From an uncultured delta proteobacterium (lineage in GTDB: Bacteria > Myxococcota_A > UBA9160 > UBA4427): a DNA stretch of 64,000 nt. A program made the position numbers and the translations under genes. The notes below the pieces were generated by a model that worked only from the letters and a program-made list of their open reading frames with translations, was not told the DNA's origin and searched no databases. Location: contig CAWGJT010000011.1 in the NCBI GenBank assembly GCA_963822965.1, positions 1-64,000 of the forward strand, read 5' to 3'. This document shows positions 48,944 through 58,557 of this stretch, piece by piece. Each line of letters starts with the position of its first letter. The stretch's first letter is position 1.

Positions 48944-50365
48944 GTGGCCCGTGTTCGCAACCCGTCGCTCCTCCCCGTCGCGTGCGGCCTCGTGTGTGCG
49001 GTTGCCGCTCTGTTGCTGATCGGAGAGGGGTCCGCCCGCGCCGAGGACTTCGTCTGGGTGGACGAGCACGGCATCACCCACTTCACGAACGACCCGGCGG
49101 CGGTGCCCGAAGCGGTGCGCGAGAGCGGCGACCCCGACTGGGACGAGACCCGGGACCTCTGGAATCGCTTCATCCTGGGCGAGCGCACCGGTACCCCGCC
49201 CGGCGCCGGCGGCAGCGACGAGGACCGGGTGACCCGCCTGCTGCGGGGCGCCGTCAACGACCTGCGTCGCGGGGAGTCCTCGCGGGCGGCGGCGACTCTC
49301 AAGAGCGTCGTGGCGCTGGATCCGAGCCGGGCCGAAGCGCACTGGTACCTGGCCCTGCTCGACCGCCAGCGCGGACGCTTCGACTCCGCCGAGGCCCACC
49401 TGCGCAGCTTCCTGCAGTACGCGGACGACTCCCTCGCCACCTATCGCGAGTCCGCGGAGAAGCGGCTTCGGGCCCTGGACGACGAGCGTCGCCTGGCCGA
49501 CGGCAGCGTCGCCCGGGGCGAGCTGCTGCTGGTGGCGCGCGAGAGCCCGAACTTCCGCATCCGCGTCGACTCGGAGCTCGACGCGGTGGGCGCCGACTAC
49601 GCGGCCACCGCGCTGCGCTACCTGGAGGACGCCCGGGGCGAGGTCTCGCGCCAGCTCGGCGTCGCGCCGGAGGAGCCCCTGGGTGTCGTCTTCTACGGTC
49701 GGGCTCGATACGACCAGGAGCACCGGCACCGCTTCTCGTTCGCCACGGTCGGGTTCTTCGACGGTCGCATCCACGTGGCCTCGCCCGCGCACCCGTCCGG
49801 CGAGCTGCGGTCGCTCCTCTTCCACGAGTACACCCATGCGCTGTTCCGGGAGCAGACCGGCGGCGATCGACCCTACTGGCTCAACGAAGGGCTGGCCGAG
49901 CGCGTCGAGCGGAGGGCGCGCCGCGTGCCGCCCTCCACCCACACCGAGCGCTCGGCCCTGCGCGCGCGGCTGGAGGCGCAGAGCTGGATCCCCCTGCGCA
50001 GCATCGCGCGCAGCTTCTCGGGCCTCTCCAACGAGGACGCCCGCATCGCGTATCTCGAATCGGTGATGGCCGCGGCCTGGATCGAGCAGCGCACGAGCCG
50101 CGAGCAGCGCGCCCACCTGCTGGAGCGCCTGGGCAGCGGCTTCTCGATCGACCAGGCCCTGCACGAGGTGGTGGGCGTCGATACCGAGGGTCTCGACGCC
50201 GCGTTGCAGCAGGAGATCCTGGCCGAGTTCCCCGAGCTGGCCGACGTCGAGCCGACCTCGACCGATGCGCCGGATTCCCCGGCTGGCGGGCCGAATCCTG
50301 CGGATTCGTCCGCTAGCGCGCCGCCTCGTCCTGCTGGCGGCTCGCCTCGAGCAGGAGCTCGGTGA
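48944..50365 (+). CDS. Secreted DUF4124 + TPR + peptidase MA-like zinc metalloprotease
   Basis: Signal peptide; WVDEHGITHFTNDP; TPR; HEYTH...WLNEGLAE gluzincin. Confidence 0.8.
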   Translation: MARVRNPSLLPVACGLVCAVAALLLIGEGSARAEDFVWVDEHGITHFTNDPAAVPEAVRESGDPDWDETRDLWNRFILGERTGTPPGAGGSDEDRVTRLLRGAVNDLRRGESSRAAATLKSVVALDPSRAEAHWYLALLDRQRGRFDSAEAHLRSFLQYADDSLATYRESAEKRLRALDDERRLADGSVARGELLLVARESPNFRIRVDSELDAVGADYAATALRYLEDARGEVSRQLGVAPEEPLGVVFYGRARYDQEHRHRFSFATVGFFDGRIHVASPAHPSGELRSLLFHEYTHALFREQTGGDRPYWLNEGLAERVERRARRVPPSTHTERSALRARLEAQSWIPLRSIARSFSGLSNEDARIAYLESVMAAAWIEQRTSREQRAHLLERLGSGFSIDQALHEVVGVDTEGLDAALQQEILAEFPELADVEPTSTDAPDSPAGGPNPADSSASAPPRPAGGSPRAGAR

Positions 50366-50999
50366 CCGACGCGGTGATGGTGCGCTCCTCGCAGCCGACC
50401 TGGGGGTCGAAGCGGAAGCGTCCCTGATCGCTCGTCACGATGGCGACTGCCGCGTCGAAGCCCAGCGCCTTCTCGGTCTCGGCGTGGACCGGATAGCCCG
50501 CTTCCATCCAGATGCGCCCCTGGCCGTCCCGGGACGAGAGCTCGAGCAGGCCCGACTTCCGGCCCATCTCGAGGAGCTGCAGCAGCGCGTCGGGCGGAAT
50601 CTCCGCCAGGTCGCCCTGGAACGCTTCGCCGGATTGGGGCATGCGCTCGGCGATCATGGTCTTGGCGGCGCTCGGCTCGTCGTCCAGCATGCCCACGTCG
50701 CCGTCGACCTGGCAGAAGATGATGATCGACGAGCCGATCTCGATCTTGTCTCCCGCGCTCAGCGCCGCCGAGCCCTCCACGGCCTGGCCGTTCAGGAAGG
50801 TGCCGTTGGTGCTGCCGAGATCGCGCAGACGGAACGAGTCGCCCTCGTAGAAGACCTCGGCGTGGCGTCTCGAGACGTCGTCTTTGCGCAGCACGAGCTC
50901 GCAGCTCGAGTGTCGGCCGATCGCCGCGGGGGTTCCCTCGGAGAGGCGCAGCGGGAGGTGCGGAGGACAGAAGAGGATGTACGAGCGGTCCATGTCCAT
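50313..50999 (-). CDS. FHA + DUF4388 domain protein
   Basis: IGR, VSRRHA, DLGSTNGT (FHA); FQGDL...LLQLL..GRKSG.L, TELLLEA (DUF4388). Confidence 0.88.
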   Translation of the reverse strand: MDMDRSYILFCPPHLPLRLSEGTPAAIGRHSSCELVLRKDDVSRRHAEVFYEGDSFRLRDLGSTNGTFLNGQAVEGSAALSAGDKIEIGSSIIIFCQVDGDVGMLDDEPSAAKTMIAERMPQSGEAFQGDLAEIPPDALLQLLEMGRKSGLLELSSRDGQGRIWMEAGYPVHAETEKALGFDAAVAIVTSDQGRFRFDPQVGCEERTITASVTELLLEASRQQDEAAR

Positions 51000-51133
51000 G
51001 CCCCCCGATAGCGGCAGTCCCGCCACGCCACTTGACCCCTACACCGGGCCACCGAGGCCAGCGCGGTGGGGCGCGGGGCGACGCGCGGCGGGTTGCACAC
51101 CGGCTGCGCACGAGCTGCGCGTCGGGGCGGGTC

Positions 51134-51625
51134 TCAGGTGGAGCCGGGGAGGCCCCGGATCTCCACGCGATCGCCCCGGCGCCAGCCGCCGGCGTCCGCA
51201 TAGCCGGCGGGAACCTCGAGCACCATGTCGACGAGCTCGGGTGAACGCACCGTCTGGGGGTGCTCCGGGTCCTCGCGCGGATAGCGGACGAAGGGCGAGA
51301 TGCCCACGATGCGCCCGTCGCGGATCCAGACGATGTCGATGTCGAAGTGCATCCGCTTCATCCAGAACGCGAAGAACCCGGGCTGGTCGTAGAGGAAGAG
51401 CATGCCGTGTCCCCAGTCCAGGGAGGGGCGGTTGCCGAGGCCGAGGGACTGCTCGGCGCGGGTCTTGGCCACCTCGACGGTGACGACCCGATCGCGGATG
51501 GCGACCGTCGGCGTCGCGGGGTCGGTGCCGCAGCGCAGCGCGAGAGCGAGCGCGGCCCCGAAGAGCGCCGCCGCGACGGCGCCGCTGCGGGGGCGCCGCG
51601 GCGCCCCGCGCGACTCCTCACTCAT
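51134..51625 (-). CDS. DUF192 family protein
   Basis: VEVA.T..EQ..GL, GMLF, FWMK.M.F.IDIVWI, VLEVPAG. Confidence 0.88.
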   Translation of the reverse strand: MSEESRGAPRRPRSGAVAAALFGAALALALRCGTDPATPTVAIRDRVVTVEVAKTRAEQSLGLGNRPSLDWGHGMLFLYDQPGFFAFWMKRMHFDIDIVWIRDGRIVGISPFVRYPREDPEHPQTVRSPELVDMVLEVPAGYADAGGWRRGDRVEIRGLPGST

Positions 51626-52739
51626 GGGACGGGGCGTAGAACTCGAAGTCGACCAGGTTCGCTTCCATGTGCGTCCGCAGGTCCCGCAGCAGGCGGGCCT
51701 CGAGCTGCCGCACCCGCTCCCGCGAGACACCGAACTCGCGGCCGAGGTCCGCCAGGGTGAGGGGCTCGTCGGCGAGGAGACGTTCGCGCAGGATGCGCTG
51801 GTCTCGGGGCGAGAGCTTCTCCGCGAACTGCTCGACCTTCTCCATGAACACCCGTTGGATCTCGGCGCTGGCGACGTCCTGCTCGGCGCTGGCACCGGGC
51901 GTCGCGACGTTGTCGCCGAAGGTCGTGCCCCCCGGCTCCTCCCGGCGCGCAGGCATGTCCATGGAGAGGTCCGGCCGCGCCAGACGGGCCTCCATGTCCA
52001 GCACGTCCTCCTCGCTCACGTCCAGCCGCTCGGCCAGGAGCTTCGGCTCCACCTCGAAGCCCTCGCGCTCGAGCTGTCGCTTCTCCTTGTTGAGCCGGAA
52101 GAAGAGCTTGCGCTGGGCGCGAGTCGTCCCCATGCGGACGCTCCGCATGTTGTCGAGGATGTACTTGAGGATGTAGGCGCGGATCCAGTAGACCGCGTAC
52201 GACGAGAGCTTGACGCCGAGGTAGGGGTCGTAGCGCTGGACCGCCTCCAGCAACCCGACGTTTCCCTCCTGGATGAGATCGAGGGTGTTGGCCCAGGCGC
52301 GCCGATACTCCATCGCGATCTTCACGACCAGGCGCAGGTTCGAGAGCACCAGCCGCTTGGCGGCGTCGACGTCGCCTTCCTCGACCCAGCGCACGGCGAG
52401 GGCGTGCTCCTCCTCGCGGCTGATGGGCGCGTGATGGCGCAGCTGCGCCATGTAGCGGGTGAGGGCGGAGACCGTTCCCTGCTCGCCCGCTGCGTGGACC
52501 GCGGGCAGGGTAGGCGCCACGGGGACGGGCAGCGACGACGCTTCGTCGTCGGCGCCGGCCGCGTCGTCGGCGTCTTCGTCGAGCTCGTCGGGCTCCGGCG
52601 CCTCGGCGACGAGGGCGTCCGAGCCCGGATCCGCGAGCGCCGCAACGGCCGCGTCTTCCGACTCCCCGTCTTCCTCGGTGCCCGGGGCCGTCGTCTCGGG
52701 GGCCGGTGGGCGGCTGTGATCGCGCTTGCGACTGCTCAC
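51618..52739 (-). CDS. rpoH: RNA polymerase sigma factor, sigma-32/RpoH family
   Basis: NLRLVVKIAMEY, DLIQEGNVGL, RpoH box QRKLFFRL, GVSRERVRQLE. Confidence 0.9.
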   Translation of the reverse strand: MSSRKRDHSRPPAPETTAPGTEEDGESEDAAVAALADPGSDALVAEAPEPDELDEDADDAAGADDEASSLPVPVAPTLPAVHAAGEQGTVSALTRYMAQLRHHAPISREEEHALAVRWVEEGDVDAAKRLVLSNLRLVVKIAMEYRRAWANTLDLIQEGNVGLLEAVQRYDPYLGVKLSSYAVYWIRAYILKYILDNMRSVRMGTTRAQRKLFFRLNKEKRQLEREGFEVEPKLLAERLDVSEEDVLDMEARLARPDLSMDMPARREEPGGTTFGDNVATPGASAEQDVASAEIQRVFMEKVEQFAEKLSPRDQRILRERLLADEPLTLADLGREFGVSRERVRQLEARLLRDLRTHMEANLVDFEFYAPSHE

Positions 52740-52947
52740 TCGCGATCCTCACTGCCGGTATCGCTCGGGGGCCGGCGTCGCTCCGACGGTAGCAGACGCG
52801 TCCGGTCGATCTCCGTCGTGGCAGCCCCCGGAATGCAGCGGGGCCGACTCGCGAGCGAGCCGGCCCCGGACGTCCTGCCATGCCCGAGCGGGCTGGACGC
52901 CGCGGCCTGCTGCGGCCGCGGCACCTCCTGCTCGAGGCTGCGGATTC

Positions 52948-53340
52948 CTACTGCTTGAGGCTGCGGATGTACGCGATCAGCTCCTGGATCTGCGCGTCGG
53001 TGAGGGTCGGGTTCGGCATCATCATCGCCGAGCCGCCGTACGCCGCCGCGCCGTTCTTGATCACCAGAGCGAGGTCCGCGTCGGTTCCGGCCTTCCCGTC
53101 CTTGTTCGCATCGAACTTGAACTCGCCCTTGGTGTAGTTGCGGGGCTTCGGGTCGAGGGCCGCCGCGACCGGGCCGTCTCCCTTGCCGTCCATTCCGTGG
53201 CAGGAGTTGCAGTTCGTCTTGATGTAGACCTCGCGGCCTTCGGAGACCGCGTCGTCGGCCAGGGCGCTGCTCGCCGCGAGGGCGAAGCCGAACGTCACGG
53301 CCAGGGCGCTGAGGGAAATCGTCACGAGCTTGCGGGACAT
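52948..53340 (-). CDS. Monoheme cytochrome c
   Basis: Signal peptide, CNSCH, GKGDGP, PRNYT, distal Met in MMMP. Confidence 0.92.
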   Translation of the reverse strand: MSRKLVTISLSALAVTFGFALAASSALADDAVSEGREVYIKTNCNSCHGMDGKGDGPVAAALDPKPRNYTKGEFKFDANKDGKAGTDADLALVIKNGAAAYGGSAMMMPNPTLTDAQIQELIAYIRSLKQ

Positions 53341-53511
53341 GTCGTCCTCCTCTTGTTCCTTCTCTCTCTTGGCGGCTCTGTGCCTGCGTTCCTTGCGGTC
53401 GCTCTCGCTCTCGTCGAGCGCCGGTTCGATTCCGCGGCGATGCGGGCGGTTCTGGATTCGCCGAGGCGCCGGCGAGCGTCCAGATCGTGGGGGCGGCCAG
53501 GATGCGGGCAG

Positions 53512-53540
53512 AACCTAGAGAGGGGTTCCGGCAGCGTCAA
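53512..53540 (-). promoter_or_regulatory. Sigma70 promoter TTGACG-N17-TAGGTT for cytochrome c
   Basis: Near-consensus elements with 17-nt spacer in an intergenic region. Confidence 0.6.
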
Positions 53541-53615
53541 TTCGGTGCACTACTTCGTTGCACCCCGCGGAGATCCGACGTCCGCTTCGGCGCGCACCCG
53601 CCTCGGCGGCGCTGC

Positions 53616-53642
53616 GGGGCTGCAACCCTGCGTTGCAGCCCC
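53616..53642. terminator. Perfect 11-bp hairpin downstream of pepA
   Basis: GGGGCTGCAAC-CCTGC-GTTGCAGCCCC; no clear U-tract. Confidence 0.5.
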
Positions 53643-53655
53643 CAAGGGCCCGGTC

Positions 53656-55182
53656 CTACCAGCCGCGCAGCATCTGGAGCAGCAACCGGACGCCCACGCC
53701 GGTGCCTCCGCGGATCTGGTACGGATGGGGATCGCTCGTCCACCCGGTGCCGGCGATGTCGAGGTGCACCCACGGCGTGTCACCCACGAAGTGGGCGAGG
53801 AACGCGGCGGCCGTCGAGGCGCCGGCGTTGCGACCCGCCGAGTTCTTGACGTCGGCGATCGCGCTCTTCACGGCCTTCCGGTGCTCGTCGAAGAGCGGCA
53901 GGGGCCAGGCTCGCTCCCCGCACGCTTCCCCGGCCTGGCGCACACGCTCCGCCAGGGACTCGTCGTTGCCGAAGAGCCCGGACGCCCAGGGACCGAGCGC
54001 CACCAGGCAGGCTCCCGTCAGGGTGGCGAGATCGATCATCGCGTCGGGCTCGAACGCGGTGCGCGCGTAGTGCAGGGTGTCCGAGAGCACCACCCGGCCC
54101 TCGGCATCGGTGTTCACGATCTCGATGGTCTTGCCGGCGCTGGTGCGCACCACGTCGCCCGGGCGGTAGGCCGTGCCGCTGGGAAGGTTCTCGGCCGCGC
54201 CGATCACGCCGACCACGTGCAGCGGCAGCTCGAGCTGGGCGACGGCCTGCATCGTCCCGATCACGGCGGCCGCTCCGCTCATGTCGTGCTTCATCTCCTC
54301 CATGCCCTGGCTGGGCTTGATCGAGATGCCGCCCGAGTCGAAGGTGACTCCCTTGCCCACGAGACAGATGGTGGGCGGCTTCCGGCGCGCGCGTTTGGGC
54401 GGGCGGTGCTCCAGCACGATCAAGCGCGGCGGCCGGGCGCTGCCGCCGCCGACGGCCAGGATGCCGCCCATCTCGCGCCGTTCGAGCTCCGGCACGCTCA
54501 TCACGTGGCAGCGCAGCCCCACCTGGCGCGCGACCCGCCTCGCCTCGCTCGCGAGCTTCGCCGGCGGGAGCTCGTTGCCGGGCTGGTTGGACAGATCGCG
54601 GGCGAGGTTCTGGCCTTCGGCGGCGATCCGCCCGATCCGGGCGGCGCGGCGTGCGGAGGCCAGGGCGTCGGGATCGCTGCAGAAGAGGTTGAGAGACCGC
54701 ACGCTGCCCGGGTCGTCTTCGCTGAGCTCGCGGTAGTCGTCGAAGCGGTAGCTGCCGAGCACGCCGCCCTCGGCCGCGGCCTGGGCCGCCGCGTCGGCGT
54801 CGATCCCGCGCAGCTTTGGCAGCCACAGCGAGATGCGCTTGCCCCGGCCCCGGCCGCCCCGGCGGACGGCCTCCCCGGCCGCGCGTCGGATGGTGTCGGT
54901 CGTCACCTTGTCCTCTGCGCCGAGGCCGATCAGCAGCACGCGCTTCACGGAGCTTTCCGCGTCCTTCGGCGGGTAGAGGAGGGCGGTCTGGCCGGCGCCC
55001 GCGCGGAAGTCCCCGCTGGCGACGGCAGCCGCTACGAGCCCGCCGAGGGCGCGGTCCATGCGGCGCAGGGCGGCCGGGATGCGGGGCGGCGCGTCCTTGT
55101 CCCGGGCCGGGCGCACGAGGGGCAGGGCGAGCAGCTCGGCGCTGCCGGCGGTGGGATCGCTGGTACGGACACTCACCTGCAT
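53656..55182 (-). CDS. pepA: Leucyl aminopeptidase (M17)
   Basis: GKGVTFDSGG, MKHDMSGAA, NTDAEGR, DLATLTGA, HLDIAG. Confidence 0.96.
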   Translation of the reverse strand: MQVSVRTSDPTAGSAELLALPLVRPARDKDAPPRIPAALRRMDRALGGLVAAAVASGDFRAGAGQTALLYPPKDAESSVKRVLLIGLGAEDKVTTDTIRRAAGEAVRRGGRGRGKRISLWLPKLRGIDADAAAQAAAEGGVLGSYRFDDYRELSEDDPGSVRSLNLFCSDPDALASARRAARIGRIAAEGQNLARDLSNQPGNELPPAKLASEARRVARQVGLRCHVMSVPELERREMGGILAVGGGSARPPRLIVLEHRPPKRARRKPPTICLVGKGVTFDSGGISIKPSQGMEEMKHDMSGAAAVIGTMQAVAQLELPLHVVGVIGAAENLPSGTAYRPGDVVRTSAGKTIEIVNTDAEGRVVLSDTLHYARTAFEPDAMIDLATLTGACLVALGPWASGLFGNDESLAERVRQAGEACGERAWPLPLFDEHRKAVKSAIADVKNSAGRNAGASTAAAFLAHFVGDTPWVHLDIAGTGWTSDPHPYQIRGGTGVGVRLLLQMLRGW

Positions 55183-55332
55183 CGGGGCCTTCCTTGGCTC
55201 TCGTGATCGGGCGCCGAATCGCCCGGGATTTGTGCCGCCGGTGGACGTTTCGCCGCGAGCAGAGCGCGATCCGGGCCCCGCGAGGGGGAAGCGCTATGCT
55301 CGTCCACCGCGTACGTCAAGGGGGGGGCTTAC

Positions 55333-56004
55333 GTGGGGTTCGACATCTTTGCCCTGATCTGGGGGGCGGGCTTGCTCGTCAAGCTCGTGCTCCTCGTGTT
55401 GGTGGTCATGTCAGCCACCTCGTGGGCGATCATCGTCTTCAAGTGGCGCGAGCTCTCCGGTGCGCTGGAGGATAGCGAGGCGTTTCTCGAGGTCTATCAC
55501 GAGAAGCCCATCGACTCCGCCTACGCCGCTGCCCGGGACCTCGATCGCAGCCCGATCGCGATGATCTTCCTGGCCACCTGCGCGGAGCTCAAGCCCGGCA
55601 CCCTCGGCGCGGACGGGGTGGCCAGCGGTGAGCAACGACGCATCGCCAAGCGCCTGTCCTGGATGGCGGCGAGCGAAGGGCACCGTCTCGAACGGGGGCT
55701 CTCCTTCCTGGCCACCACCGGCAGCTCGGCGCCCTTCATCGGCCTCTTCGGGACGGTCGTCGGCATCATCCAGGCCTTCCACGGCATCGCGGCGGCGGGG
55801 AGCGCGAGTCTCGCGGTGGTGGCCCCGGGCATCGCCGAAGCCCTGATCGCCACCGCGGTCGGCCTGTTGGCCGCAATCCCCGCGTCGATCTTCTTCAACG
55901 TATTCGCCGCGCGCATCGACGAGCTCCGGGCCTCCATCGAGCTCTTCGACGAGGAGTTCACCGAGGACCTGGCACGTCTCGGGGCCGGAGGCGGGCGCGG
56001 CTGA
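55333..56004 (+). CDS. tolQ: TolQ (MotA/TolQ/ExbB family)
   Basis: LATTGSSAPFIGLFGTVVGI, VAPGIAEALIATA.GL.AAIPA. Confidence 0.92.
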   Translation: MGFDIFALIWGAGLLVKLVLLVLVVMSATSWAIIVFKWRELSGALEDSEAFLEVYHEKPIDSAYAAARDLDRSPIAMIFLATCAELKPGTLGADGVASGEQRRIAKRLSWMAASEGHRLERGLSFLATTGSSAPFIGLFGTVVGIIQAFHGIAAAGSASLAVVAPGIAEALIATAVGLLAAIPASIFFNVFAARIDELRASIELFDEEFTEDLARLGAGGGRG

Positions 56005-56417
56005 TGGGAGCATCCGCCTCGAGGAGCGGGAGGCGCCGGGCGATGTCCGACATCAACGTCACGCCGTTCGTCGACGTGATGCTGGTGCTGCTCATCATCT
56101 TCATGGTGACGGCGCCCCTGATGCAGCAGGGCATCGACGTCGATCTGCCCGAGACCACCACCCAGCCGATCCGGGTCACGAACGATCCGTTGATCCTGTC
56201 GGTGAAGGCGGATGGAACGTACTTCGTCGGCCGGACGCAGGTGAAGGTGGAGGAGCTGGCGGCGAAGCTCGAGGCGATCTTCGAGGCCCGCGGCTCGGAC
56301 GAGATGTTCCTGCGAGCGGACAAGAAGGCCGCCTACGGTGTGGTCGTGCAGGCGATGGCGGCAGCCCGGAAGGCGGGGTCGAAGCAGCTCGGGATCGTGA
56401 CCGAGCCGGAGCGTTGA
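56004..56417 (+). CDS. tolR: TolR
   Basis: INVTPFVDVMLVLLIIFMVTAP, RAD. Confidence 0.93.
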   Translation: MGASASRSGRRRAMSDINVTPFVDVMLVLLIIFMVTAPLMQQGIDVDLPETTTQPIRVTNDPLILSVKADGTYFVGRTQVKVEELAAKLEAIFEARGSDEMFLRADKKAAYGVVVQAMAAARKAGSKQLGIVTEPER

Positions 56418-56424
56418 CCCGCTC

Positions 56425-57192
56425 ATGGTCGGCGCCTCCGAGTGGCTCGCCGAGCAGCACGCCGCCGATGAGCGGCGCTTCACCCACGGCCTGGTGGGCT
56501 CGTTCGTCGTGCACGTGCTCGTGCTCGCGGTGCTCGCCTTCTCGCCGAGCCCGAGTCCGATGCCCCTGACCGACGTGCTGAACGTCGACCTGGTGGCGGC
56601 CGTGCCCGCGGCGCCGGCCGCCAAGGCCCCCCCGCGCGCGGCGCCGAAGCCCGCGCCCCCGGCTCCCGCCGCGGTGGCGCCGCCCAAGCCCACCCCGAAG
56701 GAGGTGGTGCTGCCCAAGGAGGCGCCTCGGGCGGTCCCGAAGAAGCCCGTCGCACGGCCCGCGCGCCGGCCCGAGCCCGTCCAGTACGATGACGCCCTGT
56801 CCCAGCTCCGCCAGGAGCTGGGAGAGTCGACCCCGGCGGCCCCTCCGACCGAGGACGTCTCGGACGAGGCCCTGGAGGCCACCACGGCCCCCGCTGCGTC
56901 TTCCCGGGGCACGGTCGACAAGGAGCTGGCGGCCTGGGTCCTGGCCACCAAGCGGCACGTGCGTCGGCGCTACATCACCCCGCCGGAATTCCTGAACCGT
57001 TCCCTCGCCACCGGCATCGAGGTCAGGCTGACGAGCAACGGGGCGCTCGTCGGTCCGCCGCGCGTGGTGCGGCCCTCGGGTGATCCGTTCTTCGACGACA
57101 ACGCCGTGCGCGCCGTGCTCGCGTCCGCGCCGCTGCCCGCCCCGCCCAGTGCCGGAACCTGGACTTTCGTGTTCACCTCGGAGGAGAAATGA
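56425..57192 (+). CDS. tolA: TolA/TonB-like energy transducer
   Basis: TM with S...H motif, Pro/Ala-rich linker, C-terminal SGDPFFDDNAVRAV..SAPLP. Confidence 0.78.
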   Translation: MVGASEWLAEQHAADERRFTHGLVGSFVVHVLVLAVLAFSPSPSPMPLTDVLNVDLVAAVPAAPAAKAPPRAAPKPAPPAPAAVAPPKPTPKEVVLPKEAPRAVPKKPVARPARRPEPVQYDDALSQLRQELGESTPAAPPTEDVSDEALEATTAPAASSRGTVDKELAAWVLATKRHVRRRYITPPEFLNRSLATGIEVRLTSNGALVGPPRVVRPSGDPFFDDNAVRAVLASAPLPAPPSAGTWTFVFTSEEK

Positions 57193-58523
57193 AGACGCGG
57201 GCTCGTTGCGGATGCATGCTCCTCCTGGCCCTGGCGCTCGGATCGCTTCGAGCCTTCGCCGAGGACCGGCCGATCATCGAGATCACCCCCGGCAAGGAGC
57301 GCGCCTTCCGCGTCGCGGTGCAGGTGTTCCGCGACGATCTCCAGCCCGCCCGTCCGGAACGGGCCGCGAAGCTGCTCGAATCGATCGAGCAGGGTCTCGA
57401 TTTCAACGGCGTGCTGCTGCCGCTCTCCCGGGAGGCCTTTCTCGGGCCCCAGATCACCACCGAGCTCGCTGGCGGGCGCCGCTACGACTGCGCCGACTGG
57501 ACCCAGAGCGGCGCCAACGCCCTCGTCGAGGGCGTCATCGCCGGAGGCGGTGGCGAGGTCGAGGTCTCCTATCGGGTGTGGGACACGGCGCGCTGCGTCC
57601 GCCTGCTGCGCGGACGGCTCGCGCGTCCGGAGAGCGAGCTGCACCGCCTGGGCGCGGCGCTCGCCGACGACGTGGTGAAGGCCTTCACCGGCACCCGGGG
57701 CGCCGCCGATACGGAGATTGCCTTCATCTCGACGCGCACGGGACACCGCGAGGTGTACGTGATGGACGCCGACGGCCGGAATGCCCGGGCCGCGACGCGC
57801 AACCAGTCCATCAAGGCTTTCCCCGAATGGCTGCCGGGGGGAGAGGGCATCCTCTACACGACCTACCTGAAGGGCGGGCTGCCGGACGTGTTCGTGACGT
57901 CGCGCGGACGCACGGCGGCCGGCCGCATCGTGAAGGACGTGATGCCGGGCGTGCCGAAGTACCGGGGCGTCTTCTCGCCGGACGGCGACGACCTGGCCCT
58001 CGTGGCGAGCCCGCAAGGGGTGACCGACATCTTCCGGGTCGGTCGCGACGGTCGCAAGATCCTGCGGCTCACGAACAACGGGGACGTGATCGACGTCGCG
58101 CCGTCGTGGTCACCCGACGGCAAGCAGATCGCCTTCGTCTCCGATCGCGCCGGAACGCCGCAGATCTACATCATGGGTCGCGACGGGGGGGAGGCGCGCC
58201 GCATCACGTATCAGAGCAGCTACAGCGCGACGCCGGCGTGGTCCCCGGACGGCCGGTGGATCGCCTACGGGGTGCGGGCGGCGGGCCAGTTCGATCTCTA
58301 CCTCATCGATCCCACCGGCGAGATCAACGTGCCCCTCGTCGTGCACCGTCGCAACGACCAGTATCCGAGCTGGTCGCCCGACGGACGCAAGGTCATCTTC
58401 AGCTCGGATCGCCGCGGCCACGCCGACCTCTACATGATCGACGTGAACAGTCGCCGGGTGCAGCGGCTGACCGAGGGCCAGAAGGACAACATCGCGCCGG
58501 CATGGGGACCGTTCCCGAAGTGA
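57189..58523 (+). CDS. tolB: TolB beta-propeller
   Basis: TolB_N-like region then PD40 repeats (PSWSPDG, IAFVSDRAG); operon position. Confidence 0.92.
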   Translation: MKTRARCGCMLLLALALGSLRAFAEDRPIIEITPGKERAFRVAVQVFRDDLQPARPERAAKLLESIEQGLDFNGVLLPLSREAFLGPQITTELAGGRRYDCADWTQSGANALVEGVIAGGGGEVEVSYRVWDTARCVRLLRGRLARPESELHRLGAALADDVVKAFTGTRGAADTEIAFISTRTGHREVYVMDADGRNARAATRNQSIKAFPEWLPGGEGILYTTYLKGGLPDVFVTSRGRTAAGRIVKDVMPGVPKYRGVFSPDGDDLALVASPQGVTDIFRVGRDGRKILRLTNNGDVIDVAPSWSPDGKQIAFVSDRAGTPQIYIMGRDGGEARRITYQSSYSATPAWSPDGRWIAYGVRAAGQFDLYLIDPTGEINVPLVVHRRNDQYPSWSPDGRKVIFSSDRRGHADLYMIDVNSRRVQRLTEGQKDNIAPAWGPFPK

Positions 58524-58557
58524 TCGATTGCTAGACTGCCGGCGGGGAGGTGAGAGG

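Noticed and set aside
55320..55327. G8 tract before tolQ as a phase-variation switch
   Set aside because: Short, explained as an RBS, and upstream of a core envelope operon
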